NCBI GenBank assembly: GCA_048320885.1
Contig: JBLWFJ010000001.1
Location: 1,285,642-1,349,641 of the forward strand
Length of the DNA: 64,000 bases
Reading direction: 5' to 3'
From: Nannocystaceae bacterium ST9
GTDB taxonomy: Bacteria; Myxococcota_A; Polyangia; Nannocystales; Nannocystaceae
Position numbers and translations under genes: made by a program. Below the pieces are notes generated by a model that worked only from the letters and a program-made list of their open reading frames with translations, was not told where the DNA came from and made no database searches. Positions 36,453-46,099 of this stretch are shown piece after piece (position 1 is the stretch's first letter; each line of letters starts with the position of its first letter).

Positions 36453-37259
36453 TCAGCATTCGCGCAAGAACGCCTCGCTGGAATCGTCGAGCGGAAAATA
36501 CAATTCGATCCGCAATTCCTGGGCGGTCACGTCGAGCGGGGTGCCGAGCGAGGTCAGCATGGTGAAGAGCCGGGCCTCGCCGCCGTCGGGCGCCCGCAGG
36601 TGGACCGGGATCGCGACCGGCGGCACGCCCTCGAGCCCGGGCACGCGCAGGCGATCGGGCACGCCCTCGTAGCCGAGCACGGCGTCGCGCAGGGCTCGGA
36701 GCTCGGGATCGACGGCGGCCTCGCGATGCAGGCGCTCGGCCATCACGCCGGCGAGCGCGGGCCAATCGACGATCACCGATCGCAGCCCCTGCGGATGAAA
36801 GAGCGCGTGGCCGAGGTTGGCGAAGATCGCGGGCGCCGGCGCGCGGCCGGCCAGCAGGCGCCCGAACAGCCGCGTGCAGCCCTGGTTCATGCGCAGCAGG
36901 TTCCAGGTCCGATCGAGCACCATCGCCGGATAGGGCTCTTGCTGATCGAGCAGGCGATCGAGCGCCTTGCGGACGTGCTGCATCGGCGCAGCCTCGAGCG
37001 CGGTCTCGCGGTAGACCGGCGCGAACCCGGCCGCGCTCAGCAGCATGTTGCGCTCGCGCAGCGGCAGGTCGAGCGCGTTGCCCAGCACCAGCGCCATCTC
37101 GCGGCTGGCCTGCGCGCGGCCGGTCTCGAGGAAGCTCAGGTGGCGGGTCGAGACCTCGGCCAGCTCGGCGAGCGCCTGCTGGGTCAGCCGTCGAGCCGTC
37201 CGCCATTCGCGGAGCAGGGGGCCGAAGCCGCTGGAATGCGAGTGCGCGAGCTCTGCCAC
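36453..37259 (-). CDS. XRE-family HTH regulator with MmyB-like C-terminal domain
   Basis: N-terminal HTH (LREWRTARRLTQQALAELAEVSTRHLSFLETGRAQAS) plus MmyB-like region. Confidence 0.7.
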   Translation of the reverse strand: MAELAHSHSSGFGPLLREWRTARRLTQQALAELAEVSTRHLSFLETGRAQASREMALVLGNALDLPLRERNMLLSAAGFAPVYRETALEAAPMQHVRKALDRLLDQQEPYPAMVLDRTWNLLRMNQGCTRLFGRLLAGRAPAPAIFANLGHALFHPQGLRSVIVDWPALAGVMAERLHREAAVDPELRALRDAVLGYEGVPDRLRVPGLEGVPPVAIPVHLRAPDGGEARLFTMLTSLGTPLDVTAQELRIELYFPLDDSSEAFLREC

Positions 37260-37348
37260 GCGACCAGGGTAGCCCGAGCCTGGTCCGGCCCGACATTACC
37301 CGCGAGGTAATGGCGAGCATGCCCTGCGCTCGGCATCTTGTCGGCACG

Positions 37349-37669
37349 ATGCAAGTTCAAAAGCTCGCCCTCGCCCTGGTCGTCTTGGTCGCGTTCACGG
37401 TCTACACGGTGGTCGTCGCCGTCGGACACGGCCCGCTCGGGTTCCTGGCCGTCCACGAGCAGGGCGGCTGGAACCTCCAGGTGTTCCTCGACCTCGTGCT
37501 CGCGCTGCTCGGGTTCTACGTGCTCGCGGCCCCCGACGCCAAGCGGCACGGCATCTCGCACTGGCCCTACTTCGTGGCCTCGCTGCTGCTCGGGTCGATC
37601 GGGATGCTCGCGTACTTCGTGCACCGCGAGCTGCGATCGCTGCGGCAGCCCGCGCTCGCGACTCGCTGA
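37349..37669 (+). CDS. small membrane protein (3 TM)
   Basis: MQVQKLALALVVLVAFTVYTVVVAV...; divergent from the MmyB-type regulator. Confidence 0.45.
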   Translation: MQVQKLALALVVLVAFTVYTVVVAVGHGPLGFLAVHEQGGWNLQVFLDLVLALLGFYVLAAPDAKRHGISHWPYFVASLLLGSIGMLAYFVHRELRSLRQPALATR

Positions 37670-37690
37670 GCGAGTGCGAGCGAGCCCGGC

Positions 37691-39133
37691 TCAGGCCGGC
37701 ACGCGGGTCAGGATGTCCGCGATCGCCACGGTCAGCTTCTTGACGTAGGGCACGTGCAGGAATTCGTTGGGCCCGTGCGCGTTCGACTTGGGCCCGAGCA
37801 CGCCGGTGATCAAGAACTGCGCGTTGGGGAACTTGGACCCGAGCATGTTCATGAAGGGGATGGTCCCGCCTTCGCCGAGCCAGCCGGCGTCACGACCGAA
37901 GGCCGCGTTCGAAGCCGCGTCGGCGGCCTTGGCCAGCCAGGGTGCGGTCGCGGGCGCGTTCCATCCGCTCGACGACCAGTCGGGCTCGAAGCGAACCTTG
38001 GCGCCGTAGGGCGGGTCGTGCTCGAGCAGCTGCTGGAGCGCGCGGGCGGCCTGATCGCCGTCGACGGTCGGAGGGATCCGCAGCGAGAGCTTGAGCGAGG
38101 TCTTGGGTCGCAGCACGTTGCCGCCCGAGGCGATCGCCGGCAGGCCGTCGGCGCCGGTCACCGAGAGCGCCGGTCGCCAGGTCCGGTTGAGGATCGCCTC
38201 GACCGGATCGGTGGTCGTCGGCTGCATGTGCAGGTGCGCGTCGGGGCCATGGTTGCAGCCGACCCAGGGGAACTGGTTCCAGACTGCGTCGCCGAGGATC
38301 CGCCCGGCGGCCTCGGCCTGGCGCTGGCGCTCGTCGGGGATCCGGGCGTGGAAGGCCTCGTTCAGCACGCGGCCGCTCGCCGAGTCGTCGACGCGATCGA
38401 GCAGCCGGCGGGCGATCCGAAACGAGCTGGGCACCAGGCCGCTCGCGGCCCCCGAGTGCACGCCTTCGCTGAGGACCTCGACGGTCAGCACGCCGCCGAC
38501 CAGGCCGCGCAGCGAGGTGGTGACCCAGAGCTGATCGTAGTTGCCACAGCCCGAGTCGAGCCCGGCGACCAGCTGCACGTCGCCGAAGCGAGGCGCGAGT
38601 AGATCGAGGTAGTCGGGCAGATCGGGGCTGCCCGACTCTTCGCACGACTCGATGATCCCGACGCAGCGCGGCCGCGCGATGCCCTGGCGATCGAGCGCGG
38701 CGATGCTGGTCAGCGCCGCATACACGGCGTAGCCGTCGTCGGCGGCACCGCGACCGTAGAGCTTGCCGTCCTCGAGCTTGGGGATCCACGGGCCGAGGTC
38801 GGCTCGCCAACCCTCCATCTCGGGCTGCTTGTCGAGGTGACCGTAGAAGAGCACGGTCTTGTCGTTGCCGAGCGTGCCGGTCGCGGGCGCGTCGAAGAAC
38901 AAACAGGGCGTTCGGCCCTCCATCGCGATCAGCTCGATCGTGATGCCGGCGATGGCCTGCGCGCGACACCAGGCGTGGGCGTCGCGGACGACGGTTTGCA
39001 GGTGCCCATGCGCGGCCCAGCTCGCGTCGAACGAGGGCGACTTGGCGGGCACCTTGACGTAGTCGATCAGGCGAGGGACGAGCTCTTCGTCCCAGCGACG
39101 ATCGACGAATGGTTGCAGGTCGGCGACGTTCAT
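37691..39133 (-). CDS. M20-family metallopeptidase/dipeptidase
   Basis: M20 metal-binding context (FYGHLDKQP, GRGAADDG, HSG). Confidence 0.8.
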   Translation of the reverse strand: MNVADLQPFVDRRWDEELVPRLIDYVKVPAKSPSFDASWAAHGHLQTVVRDAHAWCRAQAIAGITIELIAMEGRTPCLFFDAPATGTLGNDKTVLFYGHLDKQPEMEGWRADLGPWIPKLEDGKLYGRGAADDGYAVYAALTSIAALDRQGIARPRCVGIIESCEESGSPDLPDYLDLLAPRFGDVQLVAGLDSGCGNYDQLWVTTSLRGLVGGVLTVEVLSEGVHSGAASGLVPSSFRIARRLLDRVDDSASGRVLNEAFHARIPDERQRQAEAAGRILGDAVWNQFPWVGCNHGPDAHLHMQPTTTDPVEAILNRTWRPALSVTGADGLPAIASGGNVLRPKTSLKLSLRIPPTVDGDQAARALQQLLEHDPPYGAKVRFEPDWSSSGWNAPATAPWLAKAADAASNAAFGRDAGWLGEGGTIPFMNMLGSKFPNAQFLITGVLGPKSNAHGPNEFLHVPYVKKLTVAIADILTRVPA

Positions 39134-39264
39134 CGAGCGCGGTCAGGATAGCGAGCGTTTCCCTCGGGGTGTGCGCGTCGACGAGCTCTCGATCGCTGCG
39201 CACCGACCTGCACGGACCCGCGTGGACCTGCACGCCGCGAGCATGACGCCTCGCCCACGAACGT

Positions 39265-40599
39265 GTGCGAGGCTGCACGATGCTTCGAAGCTCGACGTGG
39301 CCCTCCTCGCGCTGGCTCGCCGCGCTCGCAGCAACTTCGGTCCTCGCGTGCTCCGGCCCGCTCGCGGCAGCCCCGCCCGAACTCGACGAGCCCGCGGCGA
39401 CTCCGATCGCGCTCGACCACGATCCCGCGATCGATCGGGCGATCGAGCAGCGGCTCGCGGCGATCTACGCGGAGCTCGACGCGCTCGCCGGCGTCGAGGT
39501 CGAGGTCGCCGCGGGCGTGGTCCACCTGCGCGGGCGCGTGCTCTCGCTCGGAGCCGCCGACGAAGCCGAGGCGATCGCGGGCCGGATCGAGGGCGTCGCG
39601 GCGATCACCAACGCGATCGAACAAGAGGTCGGGGTCGGCCGCCGCCTGCAGCCGATCATCGACGGCTTCCTCACCCGCGCGGGCGCCTGGCTGACCTACG
39701 TGCCGCTGGTCTTGATCGCCGCGAGCGTGGTCGTGTCGGCCTGGCTGTTCGCGCGGCTGCTCGCGCGCCGGAGTCGGCAGAGCACGGCCGAGCGAACCTT
39801 CGTCCGCGAGCTGCTCGGCCAGCTGTTCCGATTCGGCATCGTCGCGCTGGCGCTGGCCCTCGCGCTCGAGGCCCTCGGCGCCACGGCGCTGCTCGGCGCG
39901 CTGCTCGGGACCGCCGGCGTGATCGGCATCGCGCTCGGGCTCGCGCTCAAGGACACCGGCGAGAACTACATCGCCTCGATCCTGCTCAGCATTCGCCAGC
40001 CCTTCGCGCCGCACGACTACGTGAAGATCGGCGACTCCGAAGGCGCGGTCGTCCGGCTGACCTCGCGCGCGACCGTGCTGCTCAGCTTGGCCGGCAACCA
40101 CATCCGGATCCCCAACTCGACGGTGTTTCGCGCGACGATCACCAACTACACCCGCAACCCCGAGCGACGCTTCGAGTTCATGCTCGGCGTCGGGTTCGAG
40201 AGCGAGCTGCGCAAGGTCCAGGAGCTGGCGATCGCGACGATCGCGGCGATCCCCGGCGTGCTGGTCAAGCCGGCCCCGAGCTGCTTCGTCGAGGAGTTCG
40301 GCGCCTCGGCGATGACGATCAGCGTCGGCGGCTGGATCGATCAGCGCAACGCCGATTGGTTCAAGGTCAACTCCGAGGCCCGCCGGCTGATCAAGGCCGC
40401 GTTCGATCGCGCGGGCATCGACGTGCCCGAGCCGATCGTCCGGGTCCGCACGATCCACGACGATCCGGTCGAGCTGGCGAGCGAGCCGGCACAGCCGCTC
40501 GATGTCTCGCCCGACGACCACATCGTCCGGCAGATCGATCGTCAGCGAGCCGGGCTCGGCGAGCAGGACCTGCTGCGCGAGGATGGTCGGCCCGAGTAG
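39265..40599 (+). CDS. mechanosensitive channel, MscS family, with periplasmic N-domain
   Basis: TM helices plus conserved MscS beta-domain (IRIPNSTVFRATITNYTRNP). Confidence 0.8.
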   Translation: MRGCTMLRSSTWPSSRWLAALAATSVLACSGPLAAAPPELDEPAATPIALDHDPAIDRAIEQRLAAIYAELDALAGVEVEVAAGVVHLRGRVLSLGAADEAEAIAGRIEGVAAITNAIEQEVGVGRRLQPIIDGFLTRAGAWLTYVPLVLIAASVVVSAWLFARLLARRSRQSTAERTFVRELLGQLFRFGIVALALALALEALGATALLGALLGTAGVIGIALGLALKDTGENYIASILLSIRQPFAPHDYVKIGDSEGAVVRLTSRATVLLSLAGNHIRIPNSTVFRATITNYTRNPERRFEFMLGVGFESELRKVQELAIATIAAIPGVLVKPAPSCFVEEFGASAMTISVGGWIDQRNADWFKVNSEARRLIKAAFDRAGIDVPEPIVRVRTIHDDPVELASEPAQPLDVSPDDHIVRQIDRQRAGLGEQDLLREDGRPE

Positions 40600-40693
40600 T
40601 CCCCTCCGCTCGGACGGCGCGCGCGAACGGGGCGTCGCGCATGGGCGCTGCATGTATGTTGCGCTCGAGAATCGCAGTTGCTATCAGCATACG

Positions 40694-41182
40694 ATGACAA
40701 AGACCCGTCTCCGAATTCTGATCACCGGCCTGTTGGCCTTTTTGTGCTCCACGGCGCATGCGGATGATCCGACCCATGTTGCCATGACCAGCTTGCCGAC
40801 TTGTGACAACAGCTACGATGTCGTCGGAACCGTCCACGACCGCGTGGAGAGCGAGTCCATCGACGGCGATGTGTTCACCGACCTCGATCCGTTCGAATGT
40901 GAACTCGCCAGCGCCAATCAGACCGTGGACTTCAACTTCAATGGCGCTTCGACCGATTCCGTGACCGGCTGCACGTACACCCTCGTGCGGCGCGACAAGG
41001 CCACGGGTGCCCCTCTCGGTGCGACCGAGACCCTCGATTGCGTCGACAACGAGATCACCTTCGAGGTCATCGCCACACCCTTGTCGAGTGACCCCGATTG
41101 TAGTGGGCTCTCTGTCATCGAAGTCGACCCAAAGGTCCACGTGACCTGGGGCAAGGGCGGCTCGACCGTCTGCCCAAACTGA
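40694..41182 (+). CDS. small secreted Cys-containing hypothetical protein (lower GC)
   Basis: 162 aa, signal peptide MTKTRLRILITGLLAFLCSTAHA; about 55% GC against about 70% around it. Confidence 0.5.
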   Translation: MTKTRLRILITGLLAFLCSTAHADDPTHVAMTSLPTCDNSYDVVGTVHDRVESESIDGDVFTDLDPFECELASANQTVDFNFNGASTDSVTGCTYTLVRRDKATGAPLGATETLDCVDNEITFEVIATPLSSDPDCSGLSVIEVDPKVHVTWGKGGSTVCPN

Positions 41183-41242
41183 TCCGGCAGTGTACTTCGC
41201 TCGACTCGGCATGCTTCGGGCCGAAAACGCGGCGATGAGCAA

Positions 41243-41280
41243 GAAGGGTTGCATGCATGCGCGTGCATGCAGCCCTCTTC
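41243..41280. terminator. GC-rich palindromic stem-loop, copy A of a duplicated terminator-like element
   Basis: gaagggttgcatgcatgcgcgtgcatgcagccctcttc, followed by acgagctcgc; just 3' of 40694..41182. Confidence 0.5.
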
Positions 41281-41769
41281 ACGAGCTCGCCGGCGAGCTG
41301 TTCGAGCGGTCGCCAGCGAGCAGGCCACGACCCAGTGGAGGGCCGACGCTCAGCGCTCGTAGGCGCTCGAGCTTGCTCGCGCCCCATCATCCCAAGCTAG
41401 CCAGCGATCGTTCATCGCCGACCCAGCCCGCCGCGCGAGCTGACCCTGAAAACGCGGTCGACGAAGTAAATTGTGCGGGCGACGTGGATCGAATCGCCGG
41501 CTCCGTCGTCGACCACGCGATGACGATCAAACGATCCGGGCGTCTGCGGGCCGCGTCCAGATGATGGCGACATCGACGGTCACGCGCGAACTTTTTTGGT
41601 TCGGACCACCACGAGACCTCGAGCGCGCGGACAGCTACGCCGACGATCCAGAATCATGCATCGATCGATCGCAACGTCTCATCCTCGAGCCAGATCGGCA
41701 CGACTCAGTGATCCAACCAAGGGTGTACGTCGTGTCGAAATGCACCCTCGAACCGAAAGAAAGAAAATC

Positions 41770-42009
41770 ATGCGAATCAAGAAGCTCACGATCGCCGCGG
41801 CGTTGTTCATCGCCGCCGCAGCCGGCACCCCGAGCCCAGCGCAGGCGCTGCCGCCCCCGGGCGACTATCTGATCGTCTTCGCGTACTACTCCGACGCAGA
41901 GCACAACAACGTGATCGGTCAGACGTGGTCGGGTTGTGGTCAACCCGCGGGTCGTTGGGGCACCACGAGCGGCCCCTACCACGAACTCTTCTTCACGCCT
42001 TGCTCGTGA
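41770..42009 (+). CDS. small secreted protein (79 aa) with two Cys
   Basis: Signal peptide MRIKKLTIAAALFIAAAAGTPSPAQA; AT-rich RBS region; followed by palindrome copy B. Confidence 0.5.
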   Translation: MRIKKLTIAAALFIAAAAGTPSPAQALPPPGDYLIVFAYYSDAEHNNVIGQTWSGCGQPAGRWGTTSGPYHELFFTPCS

Positions 42010-42120
42010 GGCTCCCGCGCGAGCCGTCGCTCTGCCGCCGTGATGTGGTTCGACGGTTCGCGCATCGAGCGGGAGCAGGAGCGGGCGAGCGGCAAAACTC
42101 ACCGAACCAAGACTGCGCGA

Positions 42121-42152
42121 GAAGGGCTGCATGCGCGTGCATGCAGCCCTTC
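42121..42152. terminator. perfect 14 bp stem-loop, copy B (bidirectional terminator between the small ORF and metK)
   Basis: gaagggctgcatgc-gcgt-gcatgcagcccttc, followed by the same ttcacgagctcgc tail as copy A. Confidence 0.55.
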
Positions 42153-42173
42153 TTCACGAGCTCGCGCTCGAGC

Positions 42174-43313
42174 TCAGCGAGCGCTGCGGAGCGCGTCGAC
42201 CTTGGGCGTGGTCTCCCACGAGAACCCGTCGCGGCCGAAGTGCCCGTAGGCCGCGGTGGCCTTGTAGATCGGCTTGAGCAGATCGAGCTCCTGGATCAGC
42301 CGAGCCGGGCGGGCGTCGAAGTGCTCGCGGACCAGCCGGGCGAGCTTCTCGTCGTCGAACTTGCCGGTGCCGAAGCTCTCGACCCGGATGCTGACCGGCT
42401 CGGCCACGCCGATCGCGTAGGCGAGCTGGACCTCGCAGCGCTCGCAGAGCGAGGCGGCGACCAGGTGCTTGGCGATGTAGCGGGCGTAGTAGGCCGCGCT
42501 GCGATCGACCTTCGAGGGATCCTTGCCCGAGAACGCGCCGCCGCCGTGGCGACCCATGCCGCCGTAGGTGTCGACGATGATCTTGCGGCCGGTCAGGCCC
42601 GAGTCGCCCATCGGTCCGCCGATCACGAAGCGACCGGTCGGGTTGATGTGGTAGGTCGGGTTCTTGAGCAGCTCGGCGGGGATCATCGGCTTGATGACCT
42701 CCTCGATCACGTACTCGCGCAGGCGACCCTGCTCGACCGACTCGGAGTGCTGCGTCGAGACGACCACGGTGTCGACCGCGACCGGCTTGCCGTCCTCGTA
42801 CACGATCGAGACCTGGCTCTTGCCGTCGGGCCGCAGGAAGCTGCTGGGATCCTGGCGGCGGACCGCGGTCAGCCGCTCGGTCAGCTTGTGCGACAGGTAG
42901 ATCGGCATCGGCATCAGCGCGTCGGTCTCGCGGCACGCGTAGCCGAACATCATGCCCTGGTCGCCGGCGCCCTGCTCACCGTCGGTCCGGTCGACGCCCT
43001 GGTTGATGTCGGGGCTCTGGGCCTCGATCGCTACCAGCACGCCACACGAGTTGCCGTCGAAGCCCATGTCGGAGCTGACGTAGCCGATCTCGGTGACCGT
43101 ATCGCGGACGATCTTCGGCATGTTGACGTAGGTCGAGGTCGTGACCTCGCCCGCCAGCACGACGAAGCCCGTCTTCACCAGCGTCTCGCAGGCGACGCGG
43201 CAGCGCGGGTCCTCGGCGATGATCGCATCGAGGATCGCGTCGCTGATCTTGTCGCACATCTTGTCGGGGTGACCTTCGGTCACGGATTCGCTGGTAAACA
43301 GACTGCGTGGCAT
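42174..43313 (-). CDS. metK: S-adenosylmethionine synthetase
   Basis: [29 protein letters not shown]...; GGGAFSGKD; AGGAGA RBS 9 nt upstream. Confidence 0.9.
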   Translation of the reverse strand: MPRSLFTSESVTEGHPDKMCDKISDAILDAIIAEDPRCRVACETLVKTGFVVLAGEVTTSTYVNMPKIVRDTVTEIGYVSSDMGFDGNSCGVLVAIEAQSPDINQGVDRTDGEQGAGDQGMMFGYACRETDALMPMPIYLSHKLTERLTAVRRQDPSSFLRPDGKSQVSIVYEDGKPVAVDTVVVSTQHSESVEQGRLREYVIEEVIKPMIPAELLKNPTYHINPTGRFVIGGPMGDSGLTGRKIIVDTYGGMGRHGGGAFSGKDPSKVDRSAAYYARYIAKHLVAASLCERCEVQLAYAIGVAEPVSIRVESFGTGKFDDEKLARLVREHFDARPARLIQELDLLKPIYKATAAYGHFGRDGFSWETTPKVDALRSAR

Positions 43314-43435
43314 CGAATCTTGGTCTCCTGAGCGGCCGCGAGGATAGGAGCCACCGTGGGGGGGCGTCAACGCGAGCAAGCCCTGCCGCGACGAGGTGGC
43401 TCACGCGCTGGCGACCCGTGAATCGGACCCGTGAA

Positions 43436-44647
43436 TCAGGGCTCGGTGATCCGCAGCGAGACGGAGAAGATCGCCGCCGCTTCGTCGCGGGGCAGCTCGA
43501 CGAAGAGCAGCGCCTCGACGCCCTGTGCGGCCCACGACGGCAATTGCCCCTCGCCGACGATCAGCGTGTGAGGGCCGGCTTCGAGGTCCGGCGGCGCGCA
43601 GCCCTGCGCGTGATCCGGCAAGCAGTCGGGCGCACGCAAGGCCAAGCCCACGCGAGGGTCGTCCGCGACGATCTCCAGCCGCGCCTGGGGAGAGATCTCC
43701 GCGCCCGCGGGCCAACGCAAGCGATGGACCCGCTCGGGCCGACGCCAACCCGTGCACGAATGAGCGTGAGCATCGCCGTGCGCTTCGCTGGTGTCGATCG
43801 CGAGCACGAGGGTCTCGCCCGGAGGCAGCAGCGCGAGCTCGCCCGGGTCGGCGCAGCTCTCGGCCTCGGGCCGACGACAGCGATCGACCGCGAGCTCGGC
43901 TTCGATCGCGGACAGGCAGAGCGTCCCGGTCTCGCAGCGACCGAGCCCCGCGTCGCAGCGCTCGCCTTCTTCGATCACCGCGCGCAAGGTCAGCTCGAGC
44001 TCGACCTCGAGCGGATCGAACACGCCGGGTGCGGGTGTCGGGGTCGCGAGCGCGGGGTCGTCGACCGCGGCTCCGATCGCGAGCAGCAGCTCGGTGCCGG
44101 GTCGGAGATCCTCGACCACGACCGGCAGCGCGTCGACGCAGGCGAGCAGACGATCGCGATCGAGCGCCTCGCTGGCGCAGCCGGCTTGCAGGGTCGCGAC
44201 GCGCGGGATCACCTGACCGCCGCGCGCGTGGATCCGAAGGTCGGCGCGGATCGGGACCTCGACGCGCACGAACCCGATCGGGCCGCCCTCGCCGAGCGCA
44301 CAGTCGAGGCCGATCGGCGGGACGTCGAAAGCGATCGTCTCGACCAGTGGACGCAGCGAGCCGCGCAGGGTCGCGGGCAGCCGGTGGATCGCCGCGTCGG
44401 TGCAGGTCGGCGTGAAGTCGGTCGGCAGCTCGTCGCCGGTGTCCGTCTCGCTGGTCTCGCTCTCGCCCGCGCCCGCGCGCAGGCTCGCCGGCGCGTCGCT
44501 CGTGCAGGCCGTCGCGAGCAAGAGCGCGAGCGAGACCAGCGAGGCGAGCGAACGACGACGCGGGAGCACCGAGCCGAGAGTAGCCTCGTTCGTGGTCGAA
44601 CCATGAAGATGTTCTGGGTCGCCGCGGTGATCGACGAATCGGCGCAC
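43436..44647 (-). CDS. hypothetical secreted/lipoprotein
   Basis: Signal plus Cys (LVSLALLLATAC); acidic linker SETSETDTGDE; Cys-containing C-domain. Confidence 0.6.
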   Translation of the reverse strand: MRRFVDHRGDPEHLHGSTTNEATLGSVLPRRRSLASLVSLALLLATACTSDAPASLRAGAGESETSETDTGDELPTDFTPTCTDAAIHRLPATLRGSLRPLVETIAFDVPPIGLDCALGEGGPIGFVRVEVPIRADLRIHARGGQVIPRVATLQAGCASEALDRDRLLACVDALPVVVEDLRPGTELLLAIGAAVDDPALATPTPAPGVFDPLEVELELTLRAVIEEGERCDAGLGRCETGTLCLSAIEAELAVDRCRRPEAESCADPGELALLPPGETLVLAIDTSEAHGDAHAHSCTGWRRPERVHRLRWPAGAEISPQARLEIVADDPRVGLALRAPDCLPDHAQGCAPPDLEAGPHTLIVGEGQLPSWAAQGVEALLFVELPRDEAAAIFSVSLRITEP

Positions 44648-44759
44648 TCGATTGGGCTCGCTGGAGATCCATGCGAATCATTGAACCGGCACGAATGCGT
44701 GATTGCGACCGGCATCCCTGCTGGTTACGCGTTCGGATCCCCCGCGATAGCGTCCGCGC

Positions 44760-45818
44760 GTGACCTCGAAGCCCCACGACGCGCTGTTCAAGACCGCGTT
44801 CGAGCTGCCCGAGAGCGCCGCCGACCTGGCGCGCCACAATCTTCCCGCGTCGGTCGCCGCCGCGATCCGCTGGTCGACGATGGAGCTCGCGCCCGGCTCC
44901 TTCATCGCGCCCTCGCTCGCCGACCACCACAGCGACCTGCTCTTTCGCGTCGAGACCGAGATTGGCGACGCCCTGATCTACCTGCTCTTCGAGCACCAGA
45001 GCACCAACGACCCCCGCATGCCCCTGCGAATGCTCGTGTACATGCTGCGGATCTGGGAGCGCCACGCCAAGGAGCACGAAGGCTCGCCGCTTCCGCCGAT
45101 CATTCCCTTGCTGATCTGCCACGCGACGAATGGCTGGACCTCGCCGCGAAGCTTCCACGAGCTCTTCCCGACCACGCTCGCCGCGGTCCCCGAGCTCGCG
45201 CAATTCGTGCCGAGCTTCACCCTGCTCGTCGACGATCTCACTCATGTGACCAACGACGAACTCGAGGCCCGCGCGCTCGCGGGCGTCGCCAAGCTCGCGC
45301 TGTGGCTGCTCCGTGACGGTCGCTTTGCCAACCAGATCCTGGCCAACTTGCCCGCATGGGCTCACGCCATCCGTGAGGCGATGCGCACGCCGAGCGGGAG
45401 GTCGGCCCTGCGTTCTCTGTTCAGCTACTTGGTGGAGGTCAACGAGGGGCTGACCTACGACCTGTTTCATGCCAAGCTCGAAGAACACGCCCCCGAAGCT
45501 GCACGGGAATTCATGACGATCGCAGACAAATTGCTCAACGAAGGTCACGCCAAGGGCCGCATCGAAGGCCGCAACGAGGGTCGCGTCGAAGGCCGCAACG
45601 AAGGTCGCGTCGAGGGTCGCGTCGAGGGTCGCGTCGAAGGTCGCGTCGAAGGTCGTGTCGAAGGTGCGGCGAGCGTGCTGAGCAAGCTGCTCGGGCTGAA
45701 GTTCGGCGAGCTGCCCGAGCCCTACCGAGCACGCCTCGCCCATGCGAGCCCCGACGAGCTCGACGCCTGGACCGACCGAGTGCTCACCGCGGCGACGCTC
45801 GAGCAAGTCTTCGCCTGA
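44760..45818 (+). CDS. Rpn-family recombination-promoting nuclease / putative transposase (YhgA-like, PD-(D/E)xK)
   Basis: N-terminal DALFKTAFELPESAADLARHNLPASV family signature; C-terminal EFMTIADKLLNEGHAKG followed by GR(I/V/N)EGR repeats as in Rpn C-termini. Confidence 0.7.
   Translation: MTSKPHDALFKTAFELPESAADLARHNLPASVAAAIRWSTMELAPGSFIAPSLADHHSDLLFRVETEIGDALIYLLFEHQSTNDPRMPLRMLVYMLRIWERHAKEHEGSPLPPIIPLLICHATNGWTSPRSFHELFPTTLAAVPELAQFVPSFTLLVDDLTHVTNDELEARALAGVAKLALWLLRDGRFANQILANLPAWAHAIREAMRTPSGRSALRSLFSYLVEVNEGLTYDLFHAKLEEHAPEAAREFMTIADKLLNEGHAKGRIEGRNEGRVEGRNEGRVEGRVEGRVEGRVEGRVEGAASVLSKLLGLKFGELPEPYRARLAHASPDELDAWTDRVLTAATLEQVFA
45555..45665 (+). repeat. 12 bp coding tandem repeat (ggtcgcgtcgaa-type, about 9 copies)
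   Basis: Encodes GRIEGRNEGRVEGRNEGRVEGRVEGRVEGRVEGRVEG inside the Rpn-like gene. Confidence 0.75.
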
Positions 45819-45850
45819 CGACGCCGGCCATCGAGATCGCGCAGAAATTC

Positions 45851-46099
45851 ATGACGATCGCCGACAAGTTGCTCGACGAAGGTCGCGCCAAGGGTCGCAT
45901 CGAGGGCCGCGTCGAAGGTCGCATCGAAGGTCGCGTCGAAGGTGCCGCGAGCGTGCTGAGCAAGCTACTCGGGCTGAAGTTCGGCGAGCTGCCCGAGCTC
46001 TATCGAGCTCGCCTCGCCCAGGCGCGGCCCGACGAGCTCGATGCCTGGACCGATCGAGTGCTCACCGCAGCGACGCTCGAGCAGGTCTTCGCCGACTAA
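45851..46099 (+). pseudogene. duplicated 3' fragment of the Rpn-like gene
   Basis: MTIADKLLDEGRAKGRIEGRVEGRIEGRVEGAASVLSKLLGLKFGELPELYRARLAQARPDELDAWTDRVLTAATLEQVFAD is near-identical to the C-terminus of 44760..45818. Confidence 0.55.

Noticed and set aside
45535-45700. Regular short repeats that could be mistaken for a CRISPR array
   Set aside because: 12 bp units with no spacers, inside a coding frame (GRVEGR...) - a coding microsatellite, not CRISPR. No repeat-spacer array found anywhere in the window.
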